DNA of 21,676 nucleotides from Planctomycetota bacterium (GTDB lineage: Bacteria; Planctomycetota; UBA11346), in assembly GCA_038213805.1 (NCBI GenBank), contig JBBQSO010000086.1, positions 1 through 21,676 of the forward strand. Reading direction: 5' to 3'. Under the pieces are notes generated by a model. That model was not told the DNA's origin. It saw only the letters and a list, made by a program, of their open reading frames with translations, and ran no database searches. The translations under genes and the position numbers were made by a program. Shown in pieces: positions 9,123 to 17,094 of this stretch (positions are counted from its first letter, which is position 1; each line of letters begins with the position of its first letter).

Positions 9123-10942
9123 TTCGCGCGCTCACGTTCTTCGCCGCCATCCTGACCTGCGCCGGAACTCTGACCGCGGGCGAGGCCACCATCACCGCTG
9201 CCGGGGTCATCGGCAACACCGGTGGTCAGGGGGCCGCGCTCATCCACCAGACGACCGACCTGGGCTTCCGCGGGCACGGCAACCAGGTTGGCTGCGGTCT
9301 GGTGCTCGACCGCCGCGGCGCGTTGTGGACGCGCCTGGACGACAGCGCGGTCTCGCGGCTGAGCCTGGATGGCCGCCAGCTCGCCCGCTTCACCGCGCCG
9401 CACAGCAACAGCGGCTACGACACCATCTCATTGCTTGGCGACCAGGTACTGCTGCTCGCAAGCGGCGAGCTGCTGAGCCTGCCGATCGAAGCCGCGTCGG
9501 GCAGCGCCTTCACACCGCTCGGCGCGAAGCTGCGCGCCCTCGCGCACACGCCGGTGGCGGGGCGGATGGCCGCCATCACGTCCGAGGGCGCGGTGGTGTG
9601 GATGGCGGGCGACGGCCGCAGCGAGGAGATCGCGCGCCTGCCCGACGCGTGGATCGTCGAAGCCGATGGCGGTGGCGCCCTCTACGTCGGCACGCGCTCG
9701 CAGGCCAATTTCGACGATGGCATGATGCACAAGCTCGTCGGTGGGAAGGAGGTCAGCGGCAGCGGCTGGCCCAAGCCCTGGGCGATCGTCCGCCCAGGTG
9801 TCGCCATGGCGGCGAATTTCCTGCACTGGGACGAGGGCGGCTTCTTCGCTGGCGGTTCGGGTCAGTTATCGCATTTCACCGCGGATCTTGAACCGTCGCC
9901 GGGCACGGTGCTGGGCATGCAGGGCGCGTACGTGATCGGCGTCGGCGCCGACTGGCGGCAGGAGCTTGGCGTGGCGCGCGGCATCGTGCGCATCCGTCCG
10001 GGGCTCTATGCGGTCGGTGGCGCCTGGGGGCAGCCGTTCTTCGCTGCGTGGCCCGACGTGACACGTTCGATGCACCTGATCGCGTGGTTCACCGCACGTC
10101 CCGATTGCCAAGCGCTGAACATCGATGCCGACGGCATGGTCTTCGCCGATCGCCTGGCCTACGCGTGGGACGCCACACCGGACAGCTTCCCACTGCAGGT
10201 CGAGGGTTCCGAGCTCGCCAGCCAGATCGTGCGCGCCGGTCCCAATCTGCTGATCCGCCAGGACCGCTGGGCGCATGGCAGCGATGATTGGGCGCTGCCG
10301 CTCCATTCCGGTGCGCGCATGGAGAACACCGATTGGCTGAATCGCGACAAGGTCGACCGGCCGGGGTGGTGGGATCGCGCCGAACACGGACCTGCCCGGG
10401 TCTTCCCCGCCGTGGCCTATGTGGAGGGCGAGGGCTTCACCTTCCTCTGCCTCGCCGACGCCAGCGGCGCGCGCAGCCTGCATCTCGCCGGCAACGGTCG
10501 GCTGGTCGGTGTGGGCGGCGCCGTCGCCTTCCGCTCCGCCCAGCCCGGGAAGGAATTGACGTCGCTGGCGCTGGGCGATGGCCAAACGCTGCTCGCGGCG
10601 ATCGATGGCCAAGTGGTCGAGTTCGCGCCCGCCGGCAGCGATTGGCAGGAGCAGCGGCGCTGGAACTCCTGGGGAGATGCACCGGAAGAGCGCTTGGGGG
10701 CGCGCATCCACCTCGCCTGCGATCACGGCCGCCTGCTGGTCGCGGACCAGGAGCGCAATCGCGTGCTGTGGTTCGCCGCTGCCGGCGGCAGACCGTTGGC
10801 GGTCTTCGGCGGCGTGGCAGGGGGGAGCGATCTGCGTTCGCTGGCCGCCCCGGGCCTGGTCGCGATCTGCGGCGAGCGCGCGGTGGTGCACGATGCTGGC
10901 AACCAGCGGTTGGTGAAGCTGGTGCTCGCGCCTCAGGAGTGA
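9119..10942 (+). CDS. Secreted hypothetical protein with NHL-like beta-propeller repeats, 607 aa
   Basis: ATGA overlap with the upstream stop. Signal peptide MIRALTFFAAILTCAGTLTA. NHL-like blades (GLVLDRRGALW, RLLVADQERNRVLW, VVHDAGNQRLVKL). Confidence 0.8.
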   Translation: MIRALTFFAAILTCAGTLTAGEATITAAGVIGNTGGQGAALIHQTTDLGFRGHGNQVGCGLVLDRRGALWTRLDDSAVSRLSLDGRQLARFTAPHSNSGYDTISLLGDQVLLLASGELLSLPIEAASGSAFTPLGAKLRALAHTPVAGRMAAITSEGAVVWMAGDGRSEEIARLPDAWIVEADGGGALYVGTRSQANFDDGMMHKLVGGKEVSGSGWPKPWAIVRPGVAMAANFLHWDEGGFFAGGSGQLSHFTADLEPSPGTVLGMQGAYVIGVGADWRQELGVARGIVRIRPGLYAVGGAWGQPFFAAWPDVTRSMHLIAWFTARPDCQALNIDADGMVFADRLAYAWDATPDSFPLQVEGSELASQIVRAGPNLLIRQDRWAHGSDDWALPLHSGARMENTDWLNRDKVDRPGWWDRAEHGPARVFPAVAYVEGEGFTFLCLADASGARSLHLAGNGRLVGVGGAVAFRSAQPGKELTSLALGDGQTLLAAIDGQVVEFAPAGSDWQEQRRWNSWGDAPEERLGARIHLACDHGRLLVADQERNRVLWFAAAGGRPLAVFGGVAGGSDLRSLAAPGLVAICGERAVVHDAGNQRLVKLVLAPQE

Positions 10943-10948
10943 GGCGCG

Positions 10949-10988
10949 CGGGGATGCTGGTGCGGGGAATTCCAGCGGCGCGTCCCCG
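10949..10988. terminator. GC-rich hairpin between convergent operons (possible bidirectional terminator)
   Basis: CGGGGATGC (10949-10957) pairs with GCGTCCCCG (10980-10988), with an inner GCTGG/CCAGC stem. No U-tract, so intrinsic termination is uncertain. Confidence 0.4.
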
Positions 10989-10993
10989 GCATC

Positions 10994-12175
10994 CTACCAG
11001 TTCGTGGGCTCGCTGACCAGCCGCTGGATCCAGCGGAAGGTGCCACCCATGTGGCGGTCGAAACTCGGGCTGCGCGGGCCGTAGCTCCACGAGTGGCTGG
11101 CGTTCATCGGCCACTGCAGATAGGAATCCCACTGCACAGAGGGATCCAGGCCGCCGGTGGCGTGGTGCAGCTCCCAGTGGTAGGTGCCCTCCGGACCGGA
11201 GGCGGACCATTCGACGCGGTACCAGAAGCGGATTTCCTGGTCCTGGAGGGATTTGAAGAGCTGGCCGTCATCGTTGAACAGCGCGCCCATGCCCTGGTTG
11301 TTGGCCTCGAGCATGCTGCGGAAACCCTGGGTGGCGCCGGCGCCGCAGGTGATCAGGAAGGTCGATGGCCCATCGCGCAGCACGCGGAACCACGATTTGC
11401 CGGTGGATTGCACGCGCGGTTCGGCGCGGCCGGTGGCGTTGGCGATGTAAGCGGCCCTGGCCGCGGATGGGCTGCCGTAGGTGCCGTTCTCGCCCTTGCT
11501 GCCGAGCGGCTGCGGATCGGGATGGCGCAGGTAGGGCCACAGGTAGTCGCTGGCGGCGCTCTGCGCAGGATCGGCCTGGATCGGATTGTAGCAGACCGTG
11601 GGCTGGATGGCGAAGGGCGGCTGCCGCCACACGTACATCGGGCAGCGCGCGATGCCGCCTGGCGCCGGCCAGTAGGGGCGGAGCCGGACGCCATCGTGTT
11701 GGGCCGGAGTGACGTCAAAGACCGCGCGGTAGGAGTGCGGCGTGGGGTCGCTGGCTGGCGTCGAGGAATCGGGCATGGCGGTGCGCGGTCCGATCGAGCC
11801 GTCGCGCACGTCGATCCAGCCGAAGGCCTCTTCGTGGATGCGCACCGTCGCGGAGCCGCTCGCGCCGCCGCCAGGGAAGGCGTCGTTGTCGGCCGTCATC
11901 AGCGGCGGGCTGGATGGGAAGGCCGGATCCGGCGTGGTGTCCGCGGGGTCGCCGGGGGGCAGGCGCGGATAGCGGTCCCAACCGATGCGCGAGCACTCCT
12001 GGACGTAGTTGAGCGCCGCCACGAGCATGATGCGCGCCTGGACCTCCTGCAGCGTCGCGCGCGTCTCCTCGGCGTCGCTGCGGTTGCGCACCATGAAGGT
12101 CAGGGCCAGCGAGGCGAGCAGCGCCGAGATGCCGGCGACGAGGATCAGGACGGTGCCCTGGCGGGTGCGGATCAT
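10994..12175 (-). CDS. PilX/GspK-like minor pilin, 393 aa
   Basis: True start is ATG 12175 (ATGA overlap with the upstream stop). MIRTRQG|TVLILVAGISALLASLALTF has a basic leader, Gly-1 and a hydrophobic helix without Glu5, followed by the PilX-like QARIMLVAALNYV segment. Confidence 0.8.
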   Translation of the reverse strand: MIRTRQGTVLILVAGISALLASLALTFMVRNRSDAEETRATLQEVQARIMLVAALNYVQECSRIGWDRYPRLPPGDPADTTPDPAFPSSPPLMTADNDAFPGGGASGSATVRIHEEAFGWIDVRDGSIGPRTAMPDSSTPASDPTPHSYRAVFDVTPAQHDGVRLRPYWPAPGGIARCPMYVWRQPPFAIQPTVCYNPIQADPAQSAASDYLWPYLRHPDPQPLGSKGENGTYGSPSAARAAYIANATGRAEPRVQSTGKSWFRVLRDGPSTFLITCGAGATQGFRSMLEANNQGMGALFNDDGQLFKSLQDQEIRFWYRVEWSASGPEGTYHWELHHATGGLDPSVQWDSYLQWPMNASHSWSYGPRSPSFDRHMGGTFRWIQRLVSEPTNW

Positions 12176-13539
12176 GGCGAGTCCAGGTTGCGGTCGATGA
12201 TCGCGCCGGTGGCGTTGTCCCAGCGCGCCCAGCCGGTGCCGGAGTCGGGGTGCAGACGCTGCATGCGCGCGCCGCGCAGGGTGGTGCCGACGCCGGTGAA
12301 GGACAGCTCGGCGAGCTGGCCGGTCAGGGGGCTGACCCAGCGCACCTTGGCGATGTTGACGAAGTGCGCGCTCTTCAGGAAGTGCGCGACGCCGACCGTG
12401 ACCACCGGCCACTGCGCCGGGCTCTGATCCAGCACCTTGACCATCGGCAGGGACGCGGTGATGAACTGGCCCAGGGCGGAGGTCGCGGTGCTCTGGTTGA
12501 CCACGCTGTAGTCCGTGCTCCAGTGGCGGTAGTGCTCGGAGGCGAGGACGCCGGTGGTGACCGTCCGCCCTGCGGGATTGGTCACCCCGAAGCTGTTGGC
12601 GTTGCTGAACGCGTAGATGCCAAGGGTGGTCGGCCCCATGCCCGTGCCGATGAAAATGCCGTTGGTCTCGAGGAAGACCCGCGCCATGCCGCCCTGGTTG
12701 GTGTTCGCGCCGTCGCTGTAGGTGCCATAGCAGCCGTACACCGCGTTGCTGGGCAGGTAGTCGCACATGCCGTAGAAGCCGAGCGCGCGGCTGAGCCCGC
12801 GCAGCTGCCGACCGTACCACAGGTGCAGGGGGAACTCGCCGGTGCTCGCGGCGTAGCCAGCGCTGTACGGCGTCGGCGTGGTCAGCGGGTCCGCCACGAT
12901 GTTGGCGAAAGACATGAAGGTGGGATTGGTATCGGTGTTGGTGAAGATCCCGTAGCGTCCGAACCACAGCGGCGGGATGGCGCCATCTACGGCCGGAGGA
13001 TTGCCGCGCAGCTTCTCGCAGACGTTGCCGCGGAACCAGGTGCGGGGGTCGTGGGCCGCCCAGGCGTAGGTCGGGTCGAAGCCGGTGTCCTGCTCCCAGC
13101 TCGGATCGGGCGGCGTGGTGCCGCCCTGGAGGATGACCGGCGCGGCGCTGATGGTGGCCGCGCCGGCGAGGGCGCGCGGCACGCCACCTCCCGCGGGGAA
13201 GACCTGCGACAGGGGCGCGAAGGGCAGGCCGACGGTGCCGCCCCCGGGTTGGCCGACGACCAGCGGACCGAATCCCGCAGGATTGACGGCGAAGGTCTGG
13301 CGCAGTCTCTGCCCGGAGGCGTTCGGATCATCGAGGTTGGTCCAGAAGTCGAGCTGCTCGTGTGCCAGGCTGATGCCGGTGCGCATCAGCGAGTTCTCGA
13401 GCGACAGGCGGTTGGCGATGGTGATCGACTGCGAGGCGACGCGGAAGCCGGCGGTGGCGGTGAAGATCAGCACCAGCCCGAGGCTGAGCGCGATCATCAT
13501 CTCGATCAGGGTGAAGGCGGTGCGGCGCGGGTGGCTCAT
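12172..13539 (-). CDS. PilW/GspJ-like prepilin-type N-terminal cleavage/methylation protein, 455 aa
   Basis: ATG 13539 with GAAGGA RBS. MSHPRRTA|FTLIEMMIALSLGLVLIFTATAGF is a class III signal with Glu5. Lies between PilV-like and PilX-like genes. Confidence 0.85.
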   Translation of the reverse strand: MSHPRRTAFTLIEMMIALSLGLVLIFTATAGFRVASQSITIANRLSLENSLMRTGISLAHEQLDFWTNLDDPNASGQRLRQTFAVNPAGFGPLVVGQPGGGTVGLPFAPLSQVFPAGGGVPRALAGAATISAAPVILQGGTTPPDPSWEQDTGFDPTYAWAAHDPRTWFRGNVCEKLRGNPPAVDGAIPPLWFGRYGIFTNTDTNPTFMSFANIVADPLTTPTPYSAGYAASTGEFPLHLWYGRQLRGLSRALGFYGMCDYLPSNAVYGCYGTYSDGANTNQGGMARVFLETNGIFIGTGMGPTTLGIYAFSNANSFGVTNPAGRTVTTGVLASEHYRHWSTDYSVVNQSTATSALGQFITASLPMVKVLDQSPAQWPVVTVGVAHFLKSAHFVNIAKVRWVSPLTGQLAELSFTGVGTTLRGARMQRLHPDSGTGWARWDNATGAIIDRNLDSP

Positions 13540-13555
13540 GCTCGTCCTTCGGGTC

Positions 13556-15595
13556 TCAGCGCAAGATGCAGGGGATGCGCGGATCGTAGTAGTTGAAGCG
13601 CGCCACCGACGTCGCGCGCAGCCGCACCGACTTGGGTATCGGCCCACGGTCGAGCAGCTTGTTGAAGTTGCGGTCGGCGCCGTAAAGGCCGACGAAGGTC
13701 TTACGGTGGACCAAGTCCGGGCCGCTGTCCTGGGAATCGCCGTTTAGGACCTCCTGCGCGCCCATGGCGGTGCCGGTCGGCAGGTCCGCGGGCACGCCGC
13801 CCGCGCCGGGGAACCACAGCTCCGTCTTCTCGGGATTGCGGTAGCAGAACAGGTGCGGGTCGACGAAGGCGACATCGCTCATGCGACCGGAGAAGTCGCG
13901 AAAATTGCCGCTGCTGTCGGTGCGCGGGCCCGCGATCGGGTAGCGGCTGGCGTCGACCGGCGCGCTCGGCAGGGTCTCGAAGTCCTCGTATGACTGCCAG
14001 TCCGCGGTCCAGAACACGATCTCACGGCAGCGCTCGGACGGAGCGAAGGGCAGCCCCAGGTTGTAGTGGTCGAGGTCGCCCATCAGGTTGCTCACGCGGC
14101 CAGGCTGGATGGTGCCCTCGAGCTTGTTGCGGCCGCCGCTGGTCTGGTTGAGCGGGTAGGTGAAGCCGACGCCGATGTTGCGGATCGGCCGCGGTGACAG
14201 TGGTGCCCACTGCTCGGCGGTGACGCTGCCGCTGCCGAAGATGGTCCCGGCCAGCGCCGGTGAGAACAGGTCGTACTGCAGCAGCGGATAGTCGATCATG
14301 AGCGTGCGCTCGATCGGCCGCGGCACCGCCCAATCGTAGGGGAAGCTGGCGGCGAAATCCATGATCAGCTTCACGCAGCGCTCGTGGTAGTAGAGGATCA
14401 GCGCGTTGGTGAGGGGCGGGTCGCCCGCGCCGCTGCCAGCCAGACTGCCGCCCGTGACACCGTCCCAGCTCACCGCGGTGACCTTCACGCCCTTGGTGTG
14501 GAGGTCCTCGTCCATGCCGGTCGCGTCCAGCGGGTACCACGCGGTCAGGCAGGTCGCCGCGTGGCTGAGGAAGCGCATCGCCTGGACCTGCTTCCACTTC
14601 TGGTCGTCGGGAGTGCCCGGCTCGTAGGTCGGGATGCCGCCGGAATGGGGATCGTTCCAGAACGTGTCGGACAGGCCCTTCTTCTTGCAGTACCAAAGCG
14701 CCGCCTGGAGGTAGCGCACGGCCGCGGTGCGAGTCGGCCAGTCGCCGTCCGCGCCGCCGCCGAGCGGGGTCGGCGACTGGCCGGAGTCGAGCTGCCGGCC
14801 GCAGGCGTACGGGAAGTAGCCGTAGTGGACGCCTGAACCCGGGTCTGGCCAGTCGAAGACCTTCTGCAGGTCCGGATCGGTGCCAGGGATGGCGGCGCCG
14901 GGGATGCGGGTGGACTCCCAGCAGTACGCCTTGTCCTCGGCGCCGTTCCTGGGGAATTCATAGAGGTGCCAGTAATTGGTCCCGGCCGTGGTCTGCTCGG
15001 GCGGCATCCAGCCGTACTGCATGTGGATGCTGTACAGCGGCGGCGACGGGTAGGCGGCGAGGTAGGGCCAGTTCTTCAGCGGCAGACCGTGCATCGCGTT
15101 TTGCTGGGCATAGCCGGTGATGCCGATGAGCAGGCGCTGCGCCTCATTGGGTGGCGCCTCCGCCTGGCCGGTCTCCTCGGTGCTGGTGCTGGCCTGTGGC
15201 TGCGAATAGTAGATGTAGCCGCCTTCGTCGAGGATCTGCTTGATCTCGTCGTTGTCGGAATCGAGCCGGCGCGCAAGTTCGAGCGGTACCGGCATCATGC
15301 CGTAGCGGTGCGAGGAGATGCGCGCATCCAGGTCCCATGCCTGACTGCGGTAGCCGACCGCCGCCTCCCAGCAGTCGGTGCCTTCGGAATCGGCGGTGGC
15401 GTTGTCGCTGTGCGCGCTGCTGAACTGTTCAACCATCTCCTCGGCCTTGGCCGCTGCATAGAGTTGGAAGCGCGACATCTGCTGGGCCTTGAGGCCCATC
15501 GGGAACAACACCAGGATGCTGACCACCCCGAAGGCTACCAGGCCGAGCGAGATGGCGACCTCGAAGAGGGTGAAGGCGGCGCGGGGGGTGCCCAT
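13556..15595 (-). CDS. PilV/GspI-like prepilin-type protein, ~679 aa (N-terminus resembles Verru_Chthon cassette protein B)
   Basis: MGTPRAA|FTLFEVAISLGLVAFGVVSILVLFPMGLKAQQ...AAAKAEEMVE is a class III signal with Glu5 and the LFPxGL pattern. Start 15595 preferred for the short leader; ATG 15685 is an in-frame alternative. Confidence 0.82.
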   Translation of the reverse strand: MGTPRAAFTLFEVAISLGLVAFGVVSILVLFPMGLKAQQMSRFQLYAAAKAEEMVEQFSSAHSDNATADSEGTDCWEAAVGYRSQAWDLDARISSHRYGMMPVPLELARRLDSDNDEIKQILDEGGYIYYSQPQASTSTEETGQAEAPPNEAQRLLIGITGYAQQNAMHGLPLKNWPYLAAYPSPPLYSIHMQYGWMPPEQTTAGTNYWHLYEFPRNGAEDKAYCWESTRIPGAAIPGTDPDLQKVFDWPDPGSGVHYGYFPYACGRQLDSGQSPTPLGGGADGDWPTRTAAVRYLQAALWYCKKKGLSDTFWNDPHSGGIPTYEPGTPDDQKWKQVQAMRFLSHAATCLTAWYPLDATGMDEDLHTKGVKVTAVSWDGVTGGSLAGSGAGDPPLTNALILYYHERCVKLIMDFAASFPYDWAVPRPIERTLMIDYPLLQYDLFSPALAGTIFGSGSVTAEQWAPLSPRPIRNIGVGFTYPLNQTSGGRNKLEGTIQPGRVSNLMGDLDHYNLGLPFAPSERCREIVFWTADWQSYEDFETLPSAPVDASRYPIAGPRTDSSGNFRDFSGRMSDVAFVDPHLFCYRNPEKTELWFPGAGGVPADLPTGTAMGAQEVLNGDSQDSGPDLVHRKTFVGLYGADRNFNKLLDRGPIPKSVRLRATSVARFNYYDPRIPCILR

Positions 15596-15701
15596 GGGCG
15601 CCAGGGGAGCGGAGGTTCCGCCGCCGGCCGGTTCCTCGGCAAATATCGCAATGCACGCTGCTGGAACAGTTGACCTCGTGCTCATAAATAATAGACGACT
15701 C

Positions 15702-16243
15702 CGCGTGGCCGGACCGGACACGTGCATTTATGGCTATTCAAGAGGAAAAAGCTAATGAAATGCGATTCCTCGGCTTTTCGCTGAGGTGATTACGAATCAA
15801 TACGATAACGACAAATGGTGTCGTCCGGACGCGACGCGCTGACCGGCCCCGTAACCATTTGTAAGCTTCAGCCGCCAAGTGATCACAAGTCGCGGTCGCC
15901 CGATCGCGGTAGGATACACTCATTAACCGCACTCGTGGCCTTCACGTTTCACGAAAAGCGCGTGGTGGATCGGGCGTATCCCTTTGCGCTGTGCTGTGAT
16001 AAACGGGATACAGCCGGCTGCCCGCAATGCCTACGGACGTTAGCGGCTGCAGAGAGGGTGGTTCTGCTCATTTCCAGACATTCGCCATGTCGGTGGGGTG
16101 GGCCGCATCCACTTATCGCCGCTAGCCGGGTTTATTGGACAAGCGGTTTCACTACCCCGCGGCATCTCGTGATGGAGTGTGCGCGTGCATTCAGTCAGTC
16201 GAGTGCCGATGCGCCCCCGGAAGCACCGGCGCGAGCCGCATCC
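15702..16243 (+). ncRNA. Candidate large structured non-coding RNA (unassigned)
   Basis: No credible ORF; about 56% GC by hand count over 15661-16200. Back-to-back stems include two perfect 9-bp helices and multibranch junctions. Most of the non-Watson-Crick pairs seen are G-U on the + strand. Confidence 0.45.
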
Positions 16244-16245
16244 GT

Positions 16246-17094
16246 TCACGGTGTGCCAGGCCTCGTCTTCCCGGTCTTCGCCGGGATGAGCCCGCGCAGC
16301 CCGATGCGGTTCTTGGCCAGCGCCAGGTCATCCATCCATACCACGAAGCCGTCACCGACGGTGGCGCGATAGTTGCACCAGCCAAAGGACAGGGACTGGA
16401 AGACCGCGGCGATCTCGGCACCGGTGAAATTGCCGGCACCATTGTGCAGCGCTATTTCGGCAACCTCGATGCCGTTCATGAACATGCGGTAGGTCTGAGT
16501 GGCGTGGTCGACGTGCCACTCCACCAGCGTCCACTCGTCGGTGAACCGGTAGCCCGATTTTCCGGCGGTGGCGAACTCCTTGCGCGATTTCGGCTGGATG
16601 TTGTAGAGCCAGTAGTAGGTGCCGTTGCCGCCCTGGAGGGTGTCGAGCAGGCGCACGTCGATGGGGTCCTTGAAGCCGGGGCTTTCGGCGGTGCCGGAGA
16701 CCAGTGTGGAATGCAGGAAGCCGTCGGCCGCCAGCGGCACCGGCTGTTGCACGCGGAAGAACAGCCGCCCCCAGTGTGTCCCGCCTAGGTCGATCAGCAC
16801 CTTACCCGTTAGCGTTATACGGCGTGGGCCTTTGGGCACCGCATCCAGGCGCAGCGCGTGCAGGCCGGTGTGCGCGACATCGTCTACAACCTCGACCTTG
16901 CCGGTCTTCGTGAAGCCGCGGGGTATGGCGCCCGACGCGGTGCCTTCGAAGTCCTCAACAAGGCTGAGCGGACCGTTGCCGACCGGCGGGTCGGCGAAAG
17001 GCGCAGCGGCGCCCTTCGCCTCGGCCGCGGCGAGTTGAAGGGATGTGCCAGCGAGAGCGATGATCGAGACCGAGCGCAGCAGAGAGGTGGCCAT
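16246..17094 (-). CDS. Secreted Cip1-like (polysaccharide-lyase-like beta-jelly-roll) protein, ~282 aa
   Basis: Start ATG 17094 with signal peptide MATSLLRSVSIIALAGTSLQLAAA. Motif order EDFEG, VVDDVAHTGLHAL, WTLVEWHVD, FMNGIEV, LSFGWCNY, VWMDDLALAKNRIG matches the Trichoderma Cip1 core as I recall it. Confidence 0.72.
   Translation of the reverse strand: MATSLLRSVSIIALAGTSLQLAAAEAKGAAAPFADPPVGNGPLSLVEDFEGTASGAIPRGFTKTGKVEVVDDVAHTGLHALRLDAVPKGPRRITLTGKVLIDLGGTHWGRLFFRVQQPVPLAADGFLHSTLVSGTAESPGFKDPIDVRLLDTLQGGNGTYYWLYNIQPKSRKEFATAGKSGYRFTDEWTLVEWHVDHATQTYRMFMNGIEVAEIALHNGAGNFTGAEIAAVFQSLSFGWCNYRATVGDGFVVWMDDLALAKNRIGLRGLIPAKTGKTRPGTP

Noticed and set aside
12176..12967. N-terminal 264 aa of the 657-aa ORF (apparent overlapping gene or frameshift fusion)
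   Set aside because: Arg/His-rich off-frame read of the PilW-like gene. The real gene starts at 12175 with an ATGA overlap and a prepilin leader.
16039..16126. tRNA gene
   Set aside because: Cloverleaf-like, but it lacks the T-loop consensus, a 7-nt anticodon loop and a CCA end.
15702..16243. CRISPR array, RNase P RNA or tmRNA
   Set aside because: No direct repeats, no GAGGAAAGTCC-type RNase P signature and no tmRNA tRNA-like termini on either strand.
15738..16372. Small ORFs in the long intergenic region (64, 69 and 185 aa)
   Set aside because: Atypical codon usage, no clear RBS or motifs, and partial overlap with the Cip1-like gene. A small peptide cannot be fully excluded.
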